DNA of 64,000 bases from Candidatus Binatia bacterium (GTDB lineage Bacteria; Desulfobacterota; Binatia; UBA9968; CAXXLF01), in assembly GCA_963664015.2 (NCBI GenBank), contig CAXXLF010000002.1:1984001-2048000 (forward strand), written 5' to 3'. The notes under the pieces are model-generated. The model made no database searches, was not told where the DNA came from, and saw only the letters and a list, made by a program, of their open reading frames with translations. The first letter of the stretch is position 1. Each line of letters begins with the position of its first letter. The position numbers were made by a program, and so were the translations under genes. Positions 55,560-64,000 of the stretch are shown in pieces.

Positions 55560-56372
55560 CTATCGATTAAATCGGGGCTCTCTTTTTTCCATGAAGGCCA
55601 GGTAACCTTCTTTAAAGTCCGGTGTTTGCATACATCGGGCCTGGGACGTCGCTTCCAGTTCCAACGCTGCCGCCAGGTCCAGATCGGCTTCTCGTCTGAG
55701 CAGTTCCTTGGTTACCCCCGTGGCGTATCGAGGACCGTCCCTAAGACGGCACGCCAGCTCGAAGGTTTCCTCGAGGAGCTTCTCATGGGATACGACCCGG
55801 TTGGCGAGACCGATGCGGTGGGCCTCCTGGGCATCGATAGTGTCACCCAGGAGCAACAGTTCCGCTGCCCTTCCCTGGCCGACAATCCTGGGAAGGAGGT
55901 AGAGGGCTCCCATGTCCGATCCCGCCAGACCCATCTTGACGAAGAGAAAGGCAAAACCGGCCCTGTCCGACAGGATACGCATATCGCAACCCAGCGCGAC
56001 CATGGCCCCGCCACCCGCAGCGATTCCGTTCACGGCACCCAGGATCGGTTTGTTCAGATTACGCATGTTTTGAATCAGATCGCAGCTTAGCCTGGTAAAG
56101 CGATAGTGGGCATCGGCGTCTCGACTCAACAGCTCACCGATAATTCCCTGAACATCGCCGCCGGAGCAAAAGCCCTTGCCCGTGCCGGTTATGACAACGA
56201 CCTGGACCCCATCGTCATGAGCCATCTCGCTTGTCAGCCGGGTCAGGTCTTCATAGGTCTTGAAGGTCAACGCGTTGAGCCTTTCCGGGTAGTTGAGGCG
56301 AACCGTGGCAATCCCTTCGGCCGCCTCATAGACGAAATCAAAATCGGTCATGGGGTCTTTCCTTTCACTCAT
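55560..56372 (-). CDS. Enoyl-CoA hydratase/isomerase (crotonase) family
   Basis: LNALTF, FCSGGDV, AAGGG, GLAGSDMGA, QARCMQT.DF.EG. Confidence 0.92.
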   Translation of the reverse strand: MSERKDPMTDFDFVYEAAEGIATVRLNYPERLNALTFKTYEDLTRLTSEMAHDDGVQVVVITGTGKGFCSGGDVQGIIGELLSRDADAHYRFTRLSCDLIQNMRNLNKPILGAVNGIAAGGGAMVALGCDMRILSDRAGFAFLFVKMGLAGSDMGALYLLPRIVGQGRAAELLLLGDTIDAQEAHRIGLANRVVSHEKLLEETFELACRLRDGPRYATGVTKELLRREADLDLAAALELEATSQARCMQTPDFKEGYLAFMEKREPRFNR

Positions 56373-56521
56373 TCGTTAACTGCCCTCGGCCTGCAATCTA
56401 GCTTCAAGGGCCCTTTACTGGGCCTGACATACGCAACGGCAGCTCACTGATGGGCCAAGGCCAAGGCGATGGATTCGCCGACTCCCAGGCTTTCCCCCGT
56501 TACCAGCGAAGTCTTGCGCAT
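56369..56521 (-). pseudogene. Short-chain dehydrogenase (SDR) remnant
   Basis: MRKTSLVTGESLGVGESIALALAHQ*AAVA is a decayed TGxxxGxG Rossmann start; frame ends in an ATGA overlap with the crotonase start. Confidence 0.7.
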
Positions 56522-56832
56522 TCTTACCCAGTCTTGCCTTTAAGGCTATTCACAGCCTAAACCTAACAACGACGGAACCTTCAATCGTCCTATATATACG
56601 GACCAGTCTATCTACGGGTAGCCAGGATACTATATGTATATTAGGAGAGTTTGGTCACACAAGCCCCGCGTGACTCGTCTTGCCCGAATCGGCTACCGTA
56701 ACAGCGCTAGGTTCCATCCTTTCGCTTTTGCTTTAACCGATGGAAAGCAATATACTCCGGACAATTTTTTTCACTTCGACTCATTTCCTGTGTTCGGTAC
56801 GGGATTGGGTTGATTGATAGTATGTTGCTCAT

Positions 56833-56906
56833 CGTCGACCCTGAACGAGCCACACCCCGGCTTCGGCAACCCGCGACGAGCCCAGGTCGAGTCGCTCAGG
56901 CGAACC
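56833..56906. repeat. REP-like imperfect inverted repeat with internal insert
   Basis: GTCGACCCTGAACGA ... TCGCTCAGGCGAAC flanking CTTCGGCAAC and GACGAGCCCAGGTCGAGTC. Confidence 0.4.
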
Positions 56907-56954
56907 GTAGGCTAAGTATTGAATCGACTAACCAAATAGGTAGGGGAGAAAACC

Positions 56955-58361
56955 ATGATCTATTGGCACAAGCAAAACCATGCCACTGTCGTGACCTTGG
57001 CCCTGGTCCTTTTCTTGTTTCCCATGCAGGGGCGGTCCCAAGAACAGTCTGCAGCGCCCACTGCCCCGGCTCAAGGCAGCGCGGCCGAGGCGAATGGGCC
57101 CAAGGTGCTTACCCTTGGGGATGCCGTGGTGATTGCCCTGACGAACCAGCCCGCCATCAGGAGGGCCCAGGAACGGGTCAAGGCCCAGGGTTCAGTCCTG
57201 GGGCAGGCCAAGTCCGCGTATTATCCAACGATCTCATTAAACAGTTCCTATCGGAGCACGACTCAGTCCGGCACTACTAGTACTTCCCAAAGCGCCTTCG
57301 ACAGTGTCACGAGCGCGACCAATCTGAATTGGACCGTTTATGACTTTGGCAAGCGTGAAGGCAGCGTTCAGAAACAGAAGGACACCCTCGTGGCCCGCCA
57401 ATTTGCCGAACAGACCACCGTTGAAGAGGTCGTACTCAACGTCAAGACGGCCTATTACAGGTACCTTCAGGGAAAGGTACTGGTCCGGGTCAGGGAGGAT
57501 ACGGTCAAGCACCGTGAGGCCCTGGTGCGCCAGGCCAGGGGATTTTTTGAGGTGGGGACGAGGCCAAGGATCGACGTGGCCCGAGCGGAGACCAACCTCT
57601 TTGCTGCCCAGGCCGACCTGATCGAGGCGCAAAACAGTATGAGGATCGCTTGGGCAGAGCTAAGAAACACTATGGGATTGCAGAACTTTTCCGTGCGGCC
57701 CCTGGCCGAGGAGGCGCTACTGAACAAACCCATCGAAACCCTGGCTAGAGAACTCGCCATACGTAAGCCGGTCTTCTCCCTCAAGGACGCGCGCGAAACC
57801 GCGTACTCCCTGCGTCCCGAACTCAAGGACTTCGACGCCCAGCGCAAGGCCCAGGATTCGGCCATTGCCACGGCCCGCAGAGGTCACCTTCCCGATATTC
57901 TCTTTAATTCTTCCTATGGGAGACGAGGGAATAGCAGAGGGAGCAACGATACCTTCCCGATGGATGTCAACTGGGCGGTGGGCTTCAACGTGAACGTGCC
58001 CATCTTCAATGGCTTCGAAACGAGCTATCAGGTAAAAGAAGCCATGGGAAACTATGGTGAAATCAAGGCCCTTGAGGACCAGACGCGGCAACAAATTGCG
58101 TTGGATGTAGAGCGGAGTTATCTTAACCTTATTGGGGCCGGGGAACGGATCAAGGCCACCGAGTCGGCCGTGCGCTCGGCCAAGGAAAACCTCGATCTCT
58201 CTAACGGACGTTATCGTGTTGGGGTGGGCTCCATCATCGAGATCACCGAGGCTCAGGTTATCAACACGCAAGCCCAGACCAATCACATCCAGGCCATTAC
58301 CGATCACAAGATATTCGAGGCTGATCTTGCCAAGGCTATGGGGCAGGGAGTCGCCCGTTGA
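56955..58361 (+). CDS. TolC family outer membrane efflux protein
   Basis: Signal peptide, LTLGDAVVIALTNQP, AYYPT, PIFNG, RYRVGVGS..E. Confidence 0.93.
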   Translation: MIYWHKQNHATVVTLALVLFLFPMQGRSQEQSAAPTAPAQGSAAEANGPKVLTLGDAVVIALTNQPAIRRAQERVKAQGSVLGQAKSAYYPTISLNSSYRSTTQSGTTSTSQSAFDSVTSATNLNWTVYDFGKREGSVQKQKDTLVARQFAEQTTVEEVVLNVKTAYYRYLQGKVLVRVREDTVKHREALVRQARGFFEVGTRPRIDVARAETNLFAAQADLIEAQNSMRIAWAELRNTMGLQNFSVRPLAEEALLNKPIETLARELAIRKPVFSLKDARETAYSLRPELKDFDAQRKAQDSAIATARRGHLPDILFNSSYGRRGNSRGSNDTFPMDVNWAVGFNVNVPIFNGFETSYQVKEAMGNYGEIKALEDQTRQQIALDVERSYLNLIGAGERIKATESAVRSAKENLDLSNGRYRVGVGSIIEITEAQVINTQAQTNHIQAITDHKIFEADLAKAMGQGVAR

Positions 58362-59611
58362 AGAAGCTTTCCGTTGTAATCATCTTCGTGTTCATTGTCG
58401 GAGGCGTACTCTACGGTCTGGGGATCGGGCCCTTTAACGAAGGTGCCGCCACCGGACAGCAGCAGAAGAAATTGCGCAAGGGCGGCCGCAGGGCCGTAAG
58501 CGTCCGAGTGGCCGAGGTCAAGGTCGGTGACGTGGAGGAGAGGTTGAACTATGTGGGCAGTCTTGAAGCCAAGGCATCGGTTACGGTTGCGGCTAAGATT
58601 GCCGGACGAGCCGAGAGGCTTTTCGTAGACGTCGGTGATCGGGTCAAGGAAGGACAGCCCCTCGTCACACTGGAAAAGGATGAGCTTACCGAGGAGGTCA
58701 ACGAGGCCCGCGCTTCGCTAAACGTTGTCGAAGCGACCTTGAAGGGAAAAGAGGCGGAACTCAAAGACCTTATGCGGAAGCTGGACCGTTCCAAGGTACT
58801 GATCGAAAAGAACTTGATATCCCGTGAACAGGTCGACACACTGGAGACTCAGGTCCTATCCGCCAACGCGCAGGTTGAACTCACCCAGGCTCAGAAGGCA
58901 CAGATGAAGGCTAGGCTCGACAATGTCCGTCTCCACCTAAAATCGACGCGGGTGCTCTCTCCATTTGCCGGATACGTGGGCAGGCGCTTCATCGATCGGG
59001 GCGCCATGGTCAATTCCAATACACCTCTGGTCACAATCGTAGATATCAGCAGAGTCAAGGTGAGGATCGCAGTCGTCGAAGGCGACTATCGCAAGGTTTC
59101 CCCTGGGCAGGTGGCGAGAATCACGGCGGATGCCTATCCGGGCAGACGTTTTGAAGGGAGGGTGGTACGGATGGCCCCCGTCCTCGATCTGGAGACCCGT
59201 ACGGGCCAGGTGGAGATCGAGCTCCCCAACCCGGGGGGGGACCTGAAACCGGGGATGTTTGCTAGGGCCGAGATTGTTGCCGAACGGCGTCGTGGCGTCC
59301 TGCTGGTCCCCAAGGGGGCTCAGGTCAAGATGCCTGAGGGCTACGGGGTATTTAAGGTCCTAGAGGATAGTTCCAAGGTCCGGTTGGTGCCGATCAAACC
59401 TGGGTTGAGCCAGGGTGGATGGGTTGAGGTAGAGGGAGCGCTGCAAACGGGAGAACGGATTGTAACCGTGGGGAGCAACCTCCTTAGTGACGGCCAGAGC
59501 GTGACAATCATTGATGGGGATAGTGGGAGAGGCGCCACGGAGAACAAGATGAAAAAGAAGGGCAAAAAGGGTCGCAAGGGGACGCAGAAGAAAGAGGAAG
59601 GACAAACATGA
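58358..59611 (+). CDS. RND efflux periplasmic adaptor (MFP)
   Basis: VDVGDRVKEGQ, SPFAGYV, LKPGMFA, L..GERIV. Confidence 0.93.
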   Translation: MKKLSVVIIFVFIVGGVLYGLGIGPFNEGAATGQQQKKLRKGGRRAVSVRVAEVKVGDVEERLNYVGSLEAKASVTVAAKIAGRAERLFVDVGDRVKEGQPLVTLEKDELTEEVNEARASLNVVEATLKGKEAELKDLMRKLDRSKVLIEKNLISREQVDTLETQVLSANAQVELTQAQKAQMKARLDNVRLHLKSTRVLSPFAGYVGRRFIDRGAMVNSNTPLVTIVDISRVKVRIAVVEGDYRKVSPGQVARITADAYPGRRFEGRVVRMAPVLDLETRTGQVEIELPNPGGDLKPGMFARAEIVAERRRGVLLVPKGAQVKMPEGYGVFKVLEDSSKVRLVPIKPGLSQGGWVEVEGALQTGERIVTVGSNLLSDGQSVTIIDGDSGRGATENKMKKKGKKGRKGTQKKEEGQT

Positions 59612-62600
59612 GCTTAACAGCCGTATCGGTGCGCAGGCCGGTCGCAACCTATATGGTGGTTTTGATCATCCTGATCCTGGGGGTCATCTCCTTTCTCAAG
59701 ATACCCGTCGATCTCATGCCCGAAGTGACCTTCCCCCGGGTAACCATCAATACACGATACGAGAACGTGGGCCCTCAAGAGGTGGAAACGCTCATTACCG
59801 TGCCCATTGAAAAGGCCGTGAGTTCCGTTTCCGGGGTGGAGGATGTGACGTCGGTCTCAGTCGAAGGGCGCAGCCAGGTACGGGTCGGCTTCGGTTGGGA
59901 GACGGACCTGGACGAAGCGGTAAGCGACGTCCGTGAAAAACTCGATCGATTGAGAGACAACCTGCCGCGGGATGCCGACGCGCCGGTCATCTCGAAATTC
60001 GACGCCAATTCCTCCCCCATCATGTTCATTGGCATATCGGGGGATATGCCCCCTGTGGCCCTGCGCCAGTTTGTGGAAAAAGATATCCAGTACCGGCTCG
60101 AGCGCCTGCGTGGCGTAGCCTCTGCCGATATCCGTGGCGGGCTCGAGCGTGAAATCCACGTTGACCTCTCCCGCCATAAATTGAAGGCACTCAAGCTTTC
60201 ACCGGCCGACATCATCCGCGCCTTGAGGGCGGGAAACGTCACCCTCCCTGCCGGCAATGTCGACCGTGCCCACCTGGAGGTGGCCGTTCGCACTTTGGGG
60301 GAGTTCACCAACCTCGATCAGGTACGTAAAACGGTCCTCGTATACAGAGGCGGTATCCCGGTCCGTCTGGAGGAAGTGGCAACCGTCGAGGACTCCTTTA
60401 AGGAGATCGATCATGTGGTGAAGATCAACGGTAAGAGCGCCGTGATGATGTCCCTCTTACGCCAACCGCTGGCCAACACCGTAGATGTGGTCGAACGTGC
60501 CAAGGCAGAGATCCGCAGCATCAACCGGGACTTCCCTGAGGTTACTGTGACGGCCCTTAGAGATAACGCTCGCTATATCAGGGACGCCATCTCCAACGTC
60601 AGGATCGCCGCCCTGTGGGGCGCTGTTTTGGCCATCGTTATCCTGCTCTTTTTCTTGCGCAACCTGCGCAGTACGTTCATCATCGCCACGGCCGTCCCGG
60701 TTTCTGTTATTGCCACATTTTCCCTGATGTATTTTCAGGGCTTTTCCATCAACATCATGTCCTTCGGCGGCCTGGCACTTGGCATCGGTCTGCTCGTGGA
60801 CAACTCCATCGTCGTCCTGGAAAACATCTTTCGTCACAGGGAAAATGGAGCGGAGAGAACGGATGCTGTCCTGAAGGGAACCTGGGAAGTTGCCGGGGCG
60901 ATTACTGCCTCCACGCTGACCACGCTGGTGGTTTTCCTACCCCTTCTCTTTGTCCCGGGGTCGGCGGGCATTATCTTCAAGCAACTTGCCTGGGTCGTCT
61001 TTTTCTCGCTGGCCGCTTCGTTGCTGGTCGCCCTGACCCTGGTGCCGGTCCTGGCCTACCAGCTCTTGAGCCAGGTTCACAAGACCACAGGGCGCGGTTT
61101 TCTGGGTAGATTCTTTGCCCTGGGAGAACGCTCCCTCACCTATATGGACGATCGTTATCAGGCTTTGCTTATTTGGTCCCTGAGTCATCGTATTCGTGTT
61201 CTTGTCTCGGTCTTTGCCCTGCTGGCAGGGAGCTTGACACTGGTGCCTAAAATAGGCCGGGAGTTTATGCCCAAGGTCGACGAGGGTGCCATTACTATCT
61301 ATGCCAATATGGAGGAAGGGGCCAGGATCGAGGAGATGGAGGTTTCCTCTTCGACCTTCGAGTCTGTGGTTCGATCGGAGGTACCGGAGACAGAGAACGT
61401 CTTTAGCCACTTCGGCCAGTTCGGCTTTCGGGCGCGCGGCAAGAACCAGGGACATGTTCATATCTGGCTCGCTCCGAGAAGCGCGCGGAAGCGTTCCGAT
61501 GAGGAGATAGCCCTAGTGCTCAGACGCGAGGCGCGGGCGGTCCCTGGAGTCATGACCCGGGTGCGCACACGATCTGGGCTGTATATTTTTCGCCGTTTGG
61601 GCCTGTCCGACAACGACAACCTGGAGGTAAATATTCGCGGCCACGACCTGGGGGCGGCTCAACTCCTTGCCGGCCAGATCAAGGCCCGTATGGAGCGGGT
61701 AAGCGGCATCGTCGGTGTGCGGGTCAACCGGCAGGGCGGGCAGCCGGAGATGGGACTTCACATTGACCGGGATAAGGCCGCCAACCTGGGAATCTCCGTG
61801 GCGACTCTTGCCCAGGCCGTGCAGTCGAGTATTGGCGGTACCCGGGCCACGCTGTACAGGGAAGGCGGGGATGAATATGACATTGTCGTGCGCCTGGCCG
61901 AACGCGATCGGCGCACTCTCGAAGGACTGCCGGATCTGGTGATCCCGACGAGGTCGGGCCGCGGGGTGCCGCTCAGGAGCCTGGTCCGCCTGGAAGAGCG
62001 ACGCGGTCCCATGGAGGTCCATCGGATGAACCAGGAGAGGGTCGTGAGTATTACGGGAGAGGTCTCGGGTCGCGACATGGGAGTGGTGATGGAGGAGCTC
62101 AGGGAGGGTATAAGGGGACTCGAACTGCCGCCCGGGTTCTCGCTTACCCTGGGAGGGGACTTCCTGGAGCAGCAGGAGGCTTTCCGGGAGCTGCGCTGGG
62201 GACTGCTGCTGGCGCTGGTACTGGTCTACATGGTCATGGCGGCGTTGTTTGAGAAGTTTCTTGACCCCCTCGTGATCATGTTTGCCGTTCCCTTTGCGGT
62301 CATCGGAATTATTCTTATTCTGCTCTTCACCGGCACGACGCTCAACGTCAACTCCTTCATCGGCATCATCATGCTCACGGGGATCGTGGTGAACAACGCC
62401 ATCGTTCTGGTTGATTACATCAATCTCAAGATTCGTGAAGAGGGGTTGGCGGTGAGGGAGGCGATCATCCTGGGTGGGAGGACTCGTCTGCGGCCCATTC
62501 TCATGACCACCCTCACCACTATGCTGGCGATGGTCCCGCTGGCCATCGGTCTGGGTGATGGGGGTGAGGTCCAGGCACCACTGGCCCGGGTGGTCATCGG

Positions 62601-62742
62601 TGGCCTTGCGACCTCAAGCTTAATTACCCTGATCCTAATCCCAGTACTCTTCTGCACGGTCAAGGAGCGACAACATGCTGGAGCCAAGCAGGGGGTACTG
62701 GATCGTATGGGTTTAGCTAATAGCCGTTTGTCGAGGAAATAG
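59608..62742 (+). CDS. RND efflux permease (AcrB/MdtB-C/SwrC family)
   Basis: RRPVAT, PVDLMPE, GLLVDNSIVVLENI, GIVVNNAI, RLRPILMTT. Confidence 0.96.
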   Translation: MSLTAVSVRRPVATYMVVLIILILGVISFLKIPVDLMPEVTFPRVTINTRYENVGPQEVETLITVPIEKAVSSVSGVEDVTSVSVEGRSQVRVGFGWETDLDEAVSDVREKLDRLRDNLPRDADAPVISKFDANSSPIMFIGISGDMPPVALRQFVEKDIQYRLERLRGVASADIRGGLEREIHVDLSRHKLKALKLSPADIIRALRAGNVTLPAGNVDRAHLEVAVRTLGEFTNLDQVRKTVLVYRGGIPVRLEEVATVEDSFKEIDHVVKINGKSAVMMSLLRQPLANTVDVVERAKAEIRSINRDFPEVTVTALRDNARYIRDAISNVRIAALWGAVLAIVILLFFLRNLRSTFIIATAVPVSVIATFSLMYFQGFSINIMSFGGLALGIGLLVDNSIVVLENIFRHRENGAERTDAVLKGTWEVAGAITASTLTTLVVFLPLLFVPGSAGIIFKQLAWVVFFSLAASLLVALTLVPVLAYQLLSQVHKTTGRGFLGRFFALGERSLTYMDDRYQALLIWSLSHRIRVLVSVFALLAGSLTLVPKIGREFMPKVDEGAITIYANMEEGARIEEMEVSSSTFESVVRSEVPETENVFSHFGQFGFRARGKNQGHVHIWLAPRSARKRSDEEIALVLRREARAVPGVMTRVRTRSGLYIFRRLGLSDNDNLEVNIRGHDLGAAQLLAGQIKARMERVSGIVGVRVNRQGGQPEMGLHIDRDKAANLGISVATLAQAVQSSIGGTRATLYREGGDEYDIVVRLAERDRRTLEGLPDLVIPTRSGRGVPLRSLVRLEERRGPMEVHRMNQERVVSITGEVSGRDMGVVMEELREGIRGLELPPGFSLTLGGDFLEQQEAFRELRWGLLLALVLVYMVMAALFEKFLDPLVIMFAVPFAVIGIILILLFTGTTLNVNSFIGIIMLTGIVVNNAIVLVDYINLKIREEGLAVREAIILGGRTRLRPILMTTLTTMLAMVPLAIGLGDGGEVQAPLARVVIGGLATSSLITLILIPVLFCTVKERQHAGAKQGVLDRMGLANSRLSRK

Positions 62743-62877
62743 CCTTCGGCTAATAGTGAATGGTCAATAGTTATTGGTCAACAGGCAAGAAGGCGTTGGC
62801 GAATGGCAAGTGGAAAATACGGCGATCAGAACTAGGAAGTATCCGTGGAATCGCGGGGGGTCTATTCACTATTTGCT
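62717..62877. repeat. Inverted heptamer arrays between convergent genes
   Basis: GCTAATAGTGAATGGTCAATAG..GCGAATGGCAAGTGG and CTATTCACTATTTGCT (identical 16-mer at 54202-54217). Confidence 0.6.
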
Positions 62878-62885
62878 AGCATCTA

Positions 62886-64000
62886 CTAGAACCCGAACGG
62901 GTTAATGATCCTCTCTATACTCTCCGCCACCCCTTGCGGGGCATCTTCGTTGGCTGGGTTCTTTTTGGAGGATTTGGCCGTTTTTGTCTCTTTCTTATTG
63001 GGTGGGGTGTTCCAGGGATCAATCAGGACGGCATCGGAGAGTTTATCGGAATTCGCCGGCTGGTTCGCCGATTTGACCGTTTCCCGATTCTTCTCTTCTG
63101 TGGGGGCCGGTTTTGCTTCCCACTGGAACTGTCCCGCATCGAGCAAGAGAGGTGAGTCTGACGTGCCCATCCTGGGTCTGAGCTCCTGTGTCTCCTTTAC
63201 TGGCGGGGCAGATGCCTGAACGCTCGGAGGCGCTCCCGTCTTCGATCCCGTGCTATCCGTAGGAGTCTGCTTTTCTTCTGGAACCTCAACGCCCTTTTGG
63301 TTCAGCCCTTTGTCGATTGCCCCCAGGACCGCTGTCGTAGAGGCCTTGGTTTGAGAAGCGATTTCTTTCTTCTTTTTACGGTTCGCGAAAAGCTTGGACG
63401 AGGCCTCCGGAGGTGGAGGCAATGACATACTTTCCGATCCTTGTTTCTTCAGTCCCGTGTCGATCGCACCTAAAATCTCCTTGGTGTCCGTCGGCGGCGG
63501 CTCTTTCGGGATTTGGGATAGTTCTGGGACCGGGGAGTGAAAGACTGCTTTCTCGTCTGTCTTCTGAATTCCCCTCTGCTGCAAGGACTGGTCGATGGAA
63601 TCAATTACCGCACCCTTGGAGCCCCCTCCCTGAGTTCCCGAGCTGCTAGGGTAGGTCGCCAGCTGACTGTTGCTTTGAGCCTCATGGTTATTCTTGTCGT
63701 CGGAGGCGAATGGATTGATGGTGTCGGCCAATCGACTGAAAAACCCCTTTTCTGGCTCTACTTGGCTTTGGGCCGTCCCATTGCTCGCCCTGTTTGTGGC
63801 AGCCGTCTCCTTCTTCTGCTCCTCCATCGGTTGTTTGGGTTGTTTGCTTGACTCGTCATCGGAGGAGTCGAAGGGGTTGATGGACGCTACGAGATCGGCG
63901 AAAAACCCCTGATCTCCGTTGTTTCCATCTTCGTAATCGACTGCCTTCTTTTTCACCAGCTTCGGATTGTCCTGGCCCTGCGGTTGCCCCGCGCCATAGA
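62886..64000 (-). CDS. 5'-partial protein with long low-complexity C-terminal region carrying two kinds of short repeats
   Basis: Frame open to the window edge; INPF motif x3 and ID..L...G motif x3 in P/K/E/S-rich linkers. Confidence 0.7.
   Translation of the reverse strand, partial: YGAGQPQGQDNPKLVKKKAVDYEDGNNGDQGFFADLVASINPFDSSDDESSKQPKQPMEEQKKETAATNRASNGTAQSQVEPEKGFFSRLADTINPFASDDKNNHEAQSNSQLATYPSSSGTQGGGSKGAVIDSIDQSLQQRGIQKTDEKAVFHSPVPELSQIPKEPPPTDTKEILGAIDTGLKKQGSESMSLPPPPEASSKLFANRKKKKEIASQTKASTTAVLGAIDKGLNQKGVEVPEEKQTPTDSTGSKTGAPPSVQASAPPVKETQELRPRMGTSDSPLLLDAGQFQWEAKPAPTEEKNRETVKSANQPANSDKLSDAVLIDPWNTPPNKKETKTAKSSKKNPANEDAPQGVAESIERIINPFGF

Noticed and set aside
56444-56446. In-frame TGA in the SDR stub as selenocysteine
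   Set aside because: Position corresponds to a conserved Gly (GGA to TGA) and the gene is otherwise deleted

Overview
Bacterial chromosomal segment, by gene content and intergenic repeat style most like a deltaproteobacteria-related lineage such as Candidatus Binatia (inference, not verified). Left part (1-6.9 kb): a decayed accessory patch around tRNA-Leu(CAA), including a P-II gene fused to the tail of a molybdopterin oxidoreductase and a hydrolase::Ldh_2 chimeric pseudogene. 7.2-20.4 kb: a co-oriented, uncharacterised catabolic cluster (bicupin, CADD-like heme-oxygenase-like diiron enzyme, TctC, two paralogous luciferase-like oxidoreductases, hydantoinase/oxoprolinase A and B with a fused gamma-like Zn domain, TctA/TctB, divergent DapA-family lyase), which is the best candidate for an undescribed system. 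20.9-28.4 kb: arn-like lipid A modification cluster with split ArnA and two ArnT paralogues. 28.5-52.7 kb: housekeeping genes (dinB, hemE, hemY, ppx, trmFO, topA, broken dprA, ogt, der, prfB with +1 frameshift, ybeY, phoH, alaS, recX, recA, thpR, truncated cinA, M23 peptidase). 52.9-56.5 kb: acyl-CoA catabolism including a non-decarboxylating glutaryl-CoA dehydrogenase-like gene. 57-62.7 kb: TolC/MFP/RND efflux system, then a partial repeat-rich protein. Many intergenic regions contain nested short palindromes and 7/9-mer arrays, including a twin-hairpin element whose loops are exact reverse complements. No CRISPR array, rRNA, integrase or transposase was seen. All assignments come from motif reading by eye; no searches were run.
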